Below, in pieces: positions 39,336 through 50,811 of a stretch of 64,000 nucleotides of DNA. Under the pieces are notes generated by a model. The model did no database searches. It was not told the origin of the DNA and saw only the letters and a program-made list of their open reading frames with translations. The position numbers were made by a program, and so were the translations under genes. The DNA comes from Glycera tridactyla (taxonomy: Eukaryota): the NCBI GenBank assembly GCA_965644265.1, contig OZ286468.1, positions 76,074,001 through 76,138,000 on the forward strand, read 5' to 3'. Positions within the stretch are counted from its first letter, which is position 1; each line of letters opens with the position of its first letter.

Positions 39336-42300
39336 TGTAATCCTTCCAATATGACAATGGAATTAAACCAGTCATCCGACAGGCTTGTAGGAGTATTCCC
39401 TCCTCTTCCTTAAGATGCAACCTTGGCAAGAAGTTTATATCTGATTAAATTACCATTATCAAGAACAGCAGGAAGCAATGTATAGGTTAACCGGGCTTTT
39501 ACCCCATTTATCCCAATGTCAAAATAAATGGCATTGCTCCTGTGGATCGATGTTCACAAAAATATATACGTTGTACTAAAAGATGTTAAAATGCGCGATC
39601 AGTATTACATGTTGAATCCCATTGTTTGCCAGCTCTAATGAAACCATAAATCTATAAAGACATCTCATCTATCACACAGGGAACTCAATTGTTGGTTCAA
39701 AAGTATAAGATGACACATAAATAGAGTTGTAGATACATATTTTAATTTGTATAAAGTTCACATAGTAGGTAGGTTGTAAATGATAGATCATAATTTGAAT
39801 GAAGCAATATAGATTATCACAGTATCAAGTAGACAAAAAGTCAGTTATACTCATGATGAAATAAATAAATTCATTTCAAATATTCAGATCTGAATTATAT
39901 ACATATATGACAAATATGGATGAACTCGTGTTACATAAATACCAGTGATACATCAGAATTATTCAACTCACGACATACTCATACACAGGATATTCATGGC
40001 CGAATGACAAAGTGAGGTACCTCAATGAGTTATACAAGTACACACTCAAATAGTCACAAGATTGAGCTCAAACCCTTTTATAGTACTATCTTCTTTCTTG
40101 TTCCATCGTTGACTTGGGCGCTTGAGAAGTGGCCACTGCAGCTAGCTAGAAATATAAACAAAGTCAGAGACACTGTGTCTAGATAGTTAGTGCACTTTAG
40201 ATATATGACTTTAAAAGTTTGGGTTAAAGACCCACGATGCAAGATCGACTTTAAAAGTTAATATAGTGGTGGCCACCTAGTTGCACATGTGATGACGAAC
40301 TTTGGTTATATATCCATATCAGCTAGAGAATGATGGTAGCTGATACTAGAACGTGTATCATAGATGGAAGTAGAAGTAAAGAGGAGACATCATTCCTCTC
40401 GAGTGAAGTAGCTTATCTCGTAAAGATAGCTAACAGCATCTCACCGTGTGAAGAGATTATGTCCTACACATTTCCCATGTGTATAGTGCGTTTAACACAC
40501 TAAAGAATATGTAGACGACGACTAGGCATATCCGCCTATATTAGTAGATTCCCATAAGCCCGGGAGGCGACGTGGGAATGGAGTGGCCTGAAGAGTACGC
40601 ACCTCTTCAATTTACGACATCTCAGACGCGTTGGTCGCTGCAAGAAGATAAAAAAAAGTCTCCTACCAACTTGTCCAAGTATCATAAAGAAAAGTTTTAA
40701 TTCAAAAAGTATCTTTAAACAACTCTAAGTTTTTATTTATGTTTGTTGCGTGCACTTAGTTACTTGCAGTTGCCAGATCTATTATAGTGGGAAAGCAGGA
40801 TCCCACTCTATTCCCCACTAACTAAATAGCATAAGAATTTAACTTACAAGTTACCATTGATCAAGTTACTAGAAATATTTCAACATTCAGTTGAAGAGAT
40901 TGTCAAAAGACAATCAGCAAGTATCACCGTTGAAAAGAAATCTCAATGCACTTAAGCCATTATCAACGGAGCAGGCACTGAGCCAACTAAGTTAATCTAT
41001 CAATGAACAAGGCATTAAAATATCATCAGCTGTATCAGAGAGAGCTAAGTTCACGGGAAAATGAACTAGAAAGGTGAACACACCAAGTCCTCTCTCAGTC
41101 AGCTGGGATCATGATGCAGCAGCAATACAGCGAAAAAGTTGAAGTCCAACTGTCTGCATGAAAAGAGCAAGCACGCTTTTCAAAATCAAAAATAGTTAAG
41201 TCCTCATCAAATCAAATTCAAAAATTTGAATAAATTCTAAATTAAGAATCCGAGATAGAGAAATCAATCTATTCAGAACAGGTGGTCTTTGTAGACAGTA
41301 TCAGATAGAGTCACCACTCACCGAAGCAAGAGGCAAGATCTGAAATCAACCCAAGTTCCCCCTCCCTTACACTGCGAGTATGACCTACCTAACATAGACC
41401 GGAACGCACTAAGTCACAGCTGCAACAGCAGCGGGGTCTAAGTTCCGATCTACCAAGTCCGTGCTAAGTTCGAATTCTAAAATTCACCAAATCCCAATTT
41501 CAACTCCTTTCAAGCCATTTGGTAATGTCTAAAGTCGAAATTAGTCATGTAATTCCAGAAATATAAGAGCGAAATGCATTTACATGCAGTCCCATATGTC
41601 ACAAACCTCAAACACAAATGTGCTTACTAGGTAAGACCATGAGTAAGTCCGGTAAGCACCGTGCTGAGTTTCAGTCAACGCGCTAAGTTCGCGCTGTCAA
41701 ATCACAAATAGCGCTAAAGCCAGCACACTGAAGTTCTATAAAAGCAATCCGCACATAACGAGAAACAATTCCGATCAATTCTAAAGCATCTAAAAGCTTT
41801 TATCCAAAAGTGAAAAAGTTTCAAACTTGTTGAAAAGTGTAAAGTGGATCGGAAGCTCAAAGTGAGGCTCATACATGTGGCGGATGGAAATCCAAAATGG
41901 CGGATTGTTTACATCTGACCGATCAGTCAGAAACAGCTGTTCATTCCAGAACGCTCAGAAAGTATCTCGGAGCTCAAATGACAGCGCATAGCAGCTTATT
42001 CATTACGAGAGCTAAACAATTACCAATATAGCCGTTTGAAGGTCTAAAATCAATCCAAAAGAATTTTCCTTCGAAAATACAGCCTAACGTGATGTCGCAG
42101 ATCATATAGACCAAAAATCTCAAGGTGGTCACATGTGACAGGTTGGTCTCAATACGGAGGTTCCCTAAAAAAAGTAGGTCACGGGATTTAGGGACATCAC
42201 ACAAGACTAAGCAAGCTTAGGACGGGTCCGTGCTTAGGATATACAGCGCTTAGGACAGAAATCAAGCTTATCAGAGTGGACCTTCTCCGAAAAAGTCTAA

Positions 42301-44508
42301 ATTCAGGCCGGGCACATGAATCACAAGCAGACACTACGTGTAAACAAAACAAGCCTCGGTTTGTCGTCTCCCCTACATGTCTATTACAAGTACGAGCACC
42401 AAAAACATTCCACCGGATCTTCAATTGACAAATACGACAGTTGTGGTCATAGAAATTGAAATACCATCAAACTAGCACTTGATCGTTTATAAACAAGCTT
42501 TTTGCAAGCCGAAATAAATTCAGAAAACTGAAATTGAAGCATATTTGATCGGTCAATTAATCGATTAATCGATCGGTTAACCGTCAAAGAATTCCAGATT
42601 TTCACACCATATGAACGACATTAGATTATTACCTTCTCAAAACAAGCCGTTTCAATGAAAATACGTTTTTCAATAAAGAATTTCACTCGGAAAAGAAAAG
42701 ATTGACTGGATCTCTATTCATATGATCAGGGAGCTAAAGAAAACAGATCAGCTGTGTGTGCTATTTACGAAACCAGCAGCAGAGTTCACCTTAGCGGTGA
42801 CCTGGTTAGTACACATGACAGCGAGCTGCCATTGTCATACCGAGATAGGCATGTTCATTTCAACTCAGCCCACATGGACTGGTAGAGTAGCCGGGTCTAA
42901 AAACACACAGATTCAGAGAGAAAAGACACAGTCGTCTCTGCTGATATTTCAACTGAAAATGATCTTACAGAAATATTCCTTTCACAATATTATTCCTATA
43001 GAGAAATCCCGTGAATATAATTGAATTTTGAATGATTCAATCATCTAATTCACACAGAAATCCGATATATTACACAAATGATCAGAATCTGATCGGTAGG
43101 AGCTATATTGAGACGTGTTAGCAGTTCATACACACAGCTTCTCTCACCCGGAGGATTCAGTGAGTCCAAGCGTTAAATACTATATTACAAATTCCTGCAT
43201 AGCCCTGTTCCACCCAAACAGGCGTACTGCACCGGGAACAACGCAGGAGGAACACGGCATAGTTCCACGCAGTTCCACTTGTTCCAAAATCACCGGAACA
43301 GCACAGGGAATTAACAGAAACAGATAGAACTACCAATATCCGCGAGAATTATCAGCTAGTTGTTTGGATCAGGACGGCATTTATGGAACAAAATCCTATC
43401 ATCCAAAATGATCCAAAATCATCCAAAAACATGCAAATTCTAGATTTTGACCACGTATGCTCGAAAGATGGTACATTCAATACAAAACACGGAAGATCCG
43501 ATGACATGAAATGGCATGATACTAAAAATGGCCATTTGGGCAATTGGGGAAAATGACTCCTAATAAAGCCTCCTAAAAGGATCCTAAAACATTTCTAAAT
43601 CTCATGAACACTTACTGGATGTAGTAGAGCTCAGGATGATGTAGTGGAGTCCATTGTTTCTATTCCAGTGCAGCGATACTGGAGAAGCAAGATGTTCTCT
43701 GCTCCCGACTCCCTCAGCTCCGGTGCGTACTCTTCAGGACAGAATTTCCAAGTGCCAGAACTCCTGTCTGGAATACTTTTATGTATCCGTCCTGAAGAGC
43801 CAGCAAAGAGCGGGAAAAAAGAGCGGGAGAAGCGATGTCAAGCTCCCCGAGTCAGCTACCTCGAAAGTATTCGCTCGAGACTTTTCTAGATCAATTACAG
43901 AAGATTTTCTGAGAAAACATGTACATTGCATGTACATTGCAGATCACTTTCCTCCTGCGCGACTCCGAGCTCCTCCTGCTCAGGGAGTCATTCACTATAC
44001 TGTGTGATCAACTATGTTGGCAAAAAACCGTCCGATAAACGGCCTATCCCACGGACTAACAAATTTGCCTCAAAAGATACAATTCCCATCTTCGGGATAT
44101 CTTTAGCCCTAATACAGATACGTATCGTGTAAAAATATGGTCTTCCTACGTCCATTATTCATGAAGATATCGCATTTCTACTGTTTCACCCTAGAAACAC
44201 TGCAAGCTGGGCACCCACCGCGAACGGCGATTCCACTGCGTGTAACTCGAACTCTAGTTGCCACACCAACAACCAGATAGGTGAAACAACGAATATTAGA
44301 AAACTAACAGGATTTCTACTGTTTTTCAACTAATAGAAGTGAAACTATCTCATGCTTCTGAAGTAGGAAGGAATAATTATCAATCTAGTAGCGTAAAAAT
44401 AGTGCCGCGGGCCTCAAAAGAGGAATTCCGCGAATTCCGCTACCAGAAATCCCTATATTGTTCATGTTATTCTAACAAACGTCACATGTTCAAAAACGTG
44501 GCGTTACA
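39336..44508 (-). repeat. 3' LTR (5173 bp)
   Basis: Colinear with 52681-57853 at a constant offset of 13345; nine substitutions found by eye. Confidence 0.97.
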
Positions 44509-44732
44509 TGCTCCCGGGGGTATAAATGTTTGTGCTGCAACCAAACATTGCGAAACCAAACAAGACAAAAATATGTGTCCCACACTTATTGCCTATAACA
44601 TTAACAAGAACAATATATGGAACACAACCCTATTCTCAAAAATAAATCTTACCATCTAAAAACTTATCTTCAAAAATAATAATATAACTAATTCAAGGTC
44701 CTTTCCCAAGCAGAATTTTGGATCTACTGGAG

Positions 44733-45472
44733 CACTTGTATCCTTCGGGCTCTAAAGGAGCGCACCCTAGGCTAGATACCTTTCCAGCTTAGTAGCCGAC
44801 TAAGCCCTCCCTGCTTCTCAGAGACTACTTTTCATAATCTCCGATCACAGAGAGCACAGCTCGCAAAAGCTAACTGTGGCCTGACTGTACATTGAGCCAT
44901 CTTGAGAACAAAACCGGAAACTCAAGATGACCGGCTGGTGACCCAGTCGATAGCGATCAGGACATCTTGGTCACCCAAGAGCCCAACCGACGGTCTGATC
45001 CACTGTGGGTTCATGCCACCCGATGTTAGCTGAGCAGTAAACTTTGACCGTTTTCACCAGCCTTGCCTGTCACATACATACAGAACTAAAACTATAATGT
45101 ATGCGAGGTGTAGGTCGTCACCTACGTACCACACACAACCACTTATCAACATCGCAGATCATTTCTCGGGCATAGAAAAAGTTATCAAATGACAATACCA
45201 TAACTATACTTTAGTAGGTAAGTCATGGACTCCTTTTACATGTCATTTGAAGTGAAACCATTTTCCAGCAAAACAACCTACAACATCAACAGATCGGCCA
45301 ATGTGTCGACTAGACGGTACCACAGTACTATGTTAATACACAGTTCGTTAGACACGTGGGCCTTCAGTTTCTCCCAAGCACTATATCCACAAGTTTAACG
45401 TGCCCCCGGATCCTCACGGATCCACTGCCGCCTGTTCTAGGCACTCCTATAAGGAGCCTATCCCTCTTGAGT
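44733..45472 (-). ncRNA. Group I-like self-splicing intron A (740 nt, no ORF) in the retrotransposon 3' UTR
   Basis: Boundaries CUAGGU|ACUC...CAAGUG|CUCC. Guide GCCUAG (+ strand 45437-45442) pairs with the exon hexamer with a terminal U-G. Covarying hairpins and a P4/P6/P7-like core are shared with copy B. Confidence 0.75.
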
Positions 45473-47876
45473 ACCTAGGTGGAAAGCTTATTTACAATTC
45501 CATGAGAAGCAAAGGATCCTAAACCTCCAGAATAGGTCCCGCTGATCTAGTTTGTCTGTCTCCTTTCAACAGCCAGGAGATATATCCACCGTATCTATCT
45601 GGAGGTTTTCTCACCCTTTCCGGTTTTCTACGGGCGATTCCAGGTGGTGAAGCATTCACTACTTCAGTCTCTTCAGACAATGGTGAATCTGACGCAGAAT
45701 GATATTCTGTGTCAGGATTCAGATCAGACTCAGTATCTTCGTCATGAGCGTCAATCTCATCAGAATTCTCAAGAAGAGGATTTTGGGCCTCTTCAATATC
45801 AATTCCAGCTTCCACAACACTGGTTTCTGACTGAGATCTAGCTGGGGTGGACTCTAAATCCTCACCTAAATGTTGGTCTACATTTGGCTGAATTTGTCCT
45901 GGTTCAGCATGTTCAGGATGATCGGATTCAATTTGAGCTGTTGGAGACAAATCACTAGCAGATGGAGTTGTTACCACTACATATTCTTCGTCCTCAAATG
46001 AATCAGAATCACAGCCCTCAGAGCTATCTTCCAATTGACCTTTTTGTTCTGAAGCACGGGTTCGGTATCGAGATTTTTGGCCAGGTTGTATAACTGTACC
46101 AGCATCTTTACTCACCGTGTCTTCAGCAAAGAGCTGAACTATATCCTCACTTATACCCTTTTCATCTAGAACCACATGAGTTTTCAAATATTTTCTATCA
46201 AAATCTTCAATAGATTTTAACATATCAATATGTAAAACTCTGTGAGGTTTTCTTGGCCTAGACAAATTCTTTAACTCATATACTCTGTTCTCGTTATCTG
46301 CCAATCTTACGACTTCATAAACTTCGGGCAACCAGGTTGGGGCTAGCTTGTGCATCCCTTTGATACCAACGTTCTTAACAAGAACTTTGTCACCAACTTT
46401 GAGTATACACGATTTAACTTTTTCATCATATCTATACTTGTTAGACATGTGAGAAAAGTCTTGACTCTGGCTAGCAATGGTTTGGACAAATTCCAACCTA
46501 GACTTCAAAGCTTCTACGTATTGTTTGAGATTATCATATTTCCTATCCTCAGGATAAGTTCCTAACATGACATCTACTGGTAGACGACTCTTCCTTCCAA
46601 ATATAAGTTCGAAAGGTGAGAACTTGGTGGAGGAGTGGATTGAGCTATTATATATGTTGGTTAAATGCCCTAAATATTTACTCCAAGAGCAAATTTTCTG
46701 TGTGGACATTGTGCCAACCATGTCAATCAAGGTACGATTGAATCTTTCGCAAATGGCATCACTCCTAGGTGAATACGGGCAAGTAAACACCTTTTTGATA
46801 CCAAGTAAATGACAAAGTTGGTCAATTACTTGCGATTCAAAATTTCTGCCTCTGTCAGATAAGAGCTTTTCAGGCAAGCCAAAGATGTCAAAAACTTTCT
46901 CTACCAGAGCTTTAGCGACCGTGGTGGCGGTCTCATTCTTGGTGGGTATAGCAAAAGCATATTTGCTAAACACATCAGTTACAATCAACACATGGCCAAA
47001 TCCATGTTTATCCATATCCAAGGATAGATAATCCATGGATAGGACTTGGAAAGGTCGTTGAGCTGCAACTTCACCTAACATGCCTTGTTTAGAGGGAGAA
47101 GTCTTTTTCAATAGACACTCTTTGCAAGCAGAGATATATTCTGTGATAGCTTTAACATGTCCAGAAAGATAAAATCTTCTCTGGAAAAATTTGACTACCC
47201 TCTCTACTCCAAAATGGCTCATCATTCAGAGCATGTAAAACTTGGGGCAAACACTTGTGGGGCAAAATAATCAAAAGGTATTCAAATCCTTCGATTTCAG
47301 TTCTTTTGCACAATACCCCTTCTGAATTAAAAACTAACCTATCTCGGAAGTAGAAAAGCTTCCTATATTTCTTTGGAAAGTCTTTAGGCTTACAAGGTCG
47401 CCGTTTGTACATGTATTGAATCACTAGATTCAAATCAGAGTCCTTGAGTTGTTCAGTTCTCCAGTCAAAAGACTGGGAGTCACTTGAGACACCAAAACTT
47501 GACGCGTCTAAATTACCTACATTTACATTTTCAATCAATGGAGTGGTTTCTGAAGACAGCTCCGAAGAGTGCTCAACCACTTGATCAGGTGTCTCATGTA
47601 GTCTAGACAATACATCAGCGTCGACATTGACCGGTCCAGGCTTGTAATGTATGGTGAAATCATAGTCTCCAAGGGCAGCAAGCCATCTCTGAGATGTAGC
47701 ATCAACCTTGAGAGATCTATGTATATACGTGAGAGGGTTATTATCAGTGTATACCTTAAATGGGTGGCCATATAAATAAAAGTTAAATTTATCGACTACA
47801 GCCCACTTGAGCCCAAGAAACTCAAGTTTGTATACAGGATAATTTTTCTCAGTATCTTTAAGAGATCTAGAAGCAT

Positions 47877-48657
47877 CACTTGTATCCTTCGGGCTCTTCC
47901 AAAAAAGCGCACCCTAGGCTGGATACCTCTCCGACCTAGCGGCCCATCCAAGGACGCCAACTAGGCCCTCTCTGCTTCCCAAAGACTACTTTTCATAGCC
48001 TCGATCACAGAGAGCACAGCTCGCACAATTGCTTACTGTGGCCTGACTGTACATTGAGCCATCTTGAGCATCAAAGTCTTCAAGATGACCGGCTGGTGAC
48101 CCAGTCGATAGCGATCAGGACATCTTGGTCACCCAAGAGCCCAACCGACGGTCTGATCCACTGTGGGTTCATGCCACCCAATGGAAACTGAGCAGTGAAC
48201 TTTGACCGTTTTCACCAGCCTTGCCTGTCACATACACCTTACCAAAATTGGACTCATAGAGTTCAAGGATGCATGCTAGGTGTGGACGGTAATCCACGTA
48301 CCACATGTGACCACTTATCTCAGTAGACTAACCAATACCATCCGTGAGCAAGTTATCAGACGCAATACCAATAACTAGACTGCAAAAATCTTAATTCACA
48401 GCCAGCCTGGACCAATTTTACATGCCATCTGAATAAGCCAACCTTACTCACGGAGGACAGTCTACCCAACGGACAGCCCGATCAACATGCCGACTAGACG
48501 GTACCAGAGTACTGTGTCAATTCACAGTTCGTAAGACACGGGGATCTTCAGTATCATCCCAGCACTATATCCTGGAGTTTAACGTGCCCCTAGACCTTTG
48601 CAGGTCCACTCCCGCCTGTTTTTGCCACCCTTTATGAGGAGCCTATCCCTCTTCAGT
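47877..48657 (-). ncRNA. Group I-like self-splicing intron B (781 nt, no ORF) in the RNase H coding region
   Basis: Boundaries UUUGCU|ACUG...CAAGUG|AUGC. Removal restores TGC TAT GCT TCT AGA (C-Y-A-S-R). Guide GGCAAA (+ strand 48621-48626) pairs with the exon hexamer with a terminal U-G. Confidence 0.8.
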
Positions 48658-50811
48658 AGCAAACAGGATGCAACAGATTCTTGTCACCAAATTGCAACAA
48701 AACAGCCCCCAGTCCTGTGGTACAAGCATCTACATGCAAAATAAAAGGTTTCTCTAAATCTGGGAATGCTAACACCGGGGGATGGGTGAGTAGTTCAATC
48801 AGCTTCTCACGAGCTTCTTGACATTCCTCGTCCCAATCTTCTACCACAGAGTGCTGTAAAGCAGGCTGTTTCACAGGAGGTCCAAACTTACTTTTGGGCT
48901 TATACTTGACCCCTTTTAAAAGACGTAACAAAGGTTGAGCTATACTGCTATAGTGAGGGATATGCCTCCTAAAAAATCCAGCAAATCCTAAGAAACTCAT
49001 GACATCTTTTACTGTTCTGATAACAGGCCAATCCTGTAAAACTTTAGTTTTTTCAGGATTGCACATCACACCTTTATCAGAGATGATATAGCCAAGATAA
49101 ACTATCTCCTGGGACGCCAAGGTACACTTGCCAGGGTGTATCTTGAGACCAGCTTCACGCATAAGAGTGAGAGCTCTGGACAAAAGTTCCAGATGTTCCT
49201 CCATAGTGCGGCTAAAAATAATGACATCATCAAGAAAACAAATACATCCCTCATAAAGCATTGGTCTGAGGATGTTCTCCATGCAACGTTGAAAAGTTGC
49301 AGCAGAAGTCTTAGCCCCCTGAACCATGCGATTGTATTCATACAATCCAAAAGGTGTAGAGAAAGCAGTCTTCTCTTTATCCCTCTCCTCGATTTCGATA
49401 TTATAGTACCCGGATCTTATATCCATTTTGGTAAAAAAAGTATTACCAGCCAGGTAGGGTAAAATATCGTCAAAACGAGGGAGAGCATAACAGTCCCTCA
49501 CTGTTTTATCATTGAGATGTCTTAAATCAGTCACCATCCTAACTCTCCCATCTGGTTTTTGCAAAAAAATAGGAGCACTAGAATAAGGAGACACTGAAGG
49601 TCGTATGATACCTTTCTCCAGTAACTGATTTAAATGATCTTTAGCAGCAGCATACATCTTTGGAGGTAGATTTCTGTGTCTGACCTTAAACGGAATATCG
49701 TCTGACAAATTGTACCCATGTTTCACACCCTCTACTTTTCCAATATCATAGTCTGACTTAGAGAAAGTAGCTAGATTATCTTGAAGACAAGCTTCAAGAC
49801 TTTCCTTCTCTAGATCAGACAAATGGGATAAACTATCTACATGGTCCCACAGAAGTTTAATATCAGGTGATATTTCTTCTTCCTCATCCTCTCCTAGTGT
49901 AGTTTTAAACTGGTCGACATCGTCAACCCCCTCAAACTCAGAAAGGTTTAGTCGAGTAGCATGCACTCTGACATCATCCGAGGCTAATTCAAAAGGTATA
50001 GTTGAAAGTGATACTACACCAAAATCATTTCCTTTGCAGACAGTATAAACAGTAGAAGAAGTATTATGTACAGGCACATGAACTGTTGACAAGGAAGCTA
50101 AATTAGCATCAAGCACAACTGGAGTCTTCATCAAAAAGTCATTGTTTGGTTCAATCAAAATTGCCGCATTTATGCCTACTAATTTAGATCGAAATTTTAA
50201 TTTAACAATTGATGTTTGACCTGGAAGAATGGATATATCTTGTGCCACTTTGGCACTACCCAAAAATCCGTTTGAAATGCTTTCAGCTTGTTGAACCTTG
50301 ACGAAAGAATTATATACAACATCTAAAATAGAACTATGTGACGGATGTTGGCAGTTATTTAAATACCAGAATTTCTCAATGGCATTCATGCCTACAAGAC
50401 ACATATGGTTCTGAAAAGTGAAATCAAAACCACAATTGTCTTTCAGCACTAAAAATAATACATGTGTGCCTTCATTAGTTCCGGACAATCTCTTGCCCAT
50501 TGTCACAAAAAGTTCCACAGCTCCAACATATTGTAGGGCTTCCCCATTAACTTGATTCACTCTCAACAATGAAGACACAGGTTGTAGCGGAACATAAGAA
50601 AAATATTTCCGATACAGTCCTTCATTTATGAGTGAAACTTGACTTCCAGTGTCAATTAATGAAGAAATAACAGCTCCATTCAATAAAATGTTATGAATGT
50701 TTTGCTTGCCAACTAAAAACGGTGGTAGAGTAAATAAGCTTGAAACATGTACATCAATGGGTGGACCAGCATCATCTCCGGAGAAAGAATGGTCCAGTTC
50801 TTTCTCTGGGA

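Noticed and set aside
41893-41903. YY1-like CAAAATGGCGG as the LTR promoter
   Set aside because: A single short motif, oriented opposite to the element's sense strand; insufficient without TSS data.
41974-44659. Short ORFs inside the LTRs (duplicated at 55319-57908) as env or accessory genes
   Set aside because: All are under 120 aa, overlap in different frames, and have no recognisable motif or signal/TM layout. Their conservation only reflects LTR identity.
48650-48656. Hammerhead core CUGAAGA at the start of intron B
   Set aside because: Copy A has CUCAAGA at the same place, and I found no matching GAAA/stem arrangement.
47877-48657. The inserts as DNA transposons (CACTA/MITE) or SINEs
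   Set aside because: No target-site duplication at either site, terminal inverted match of only ~3 nt, no poly-A tail, and removal is exact to the nucleotide.
47877-48657. The inserts as spliceosomal, group II or BHB (tRNA-type) introns
   Set aside because: No GT-AG or GC-AG pair restores the RNase H frame. There is no GUGYG start, AY end or domain V. A 4-bp exon/CAAG helix is possible but the flanking BHB helices are missing.
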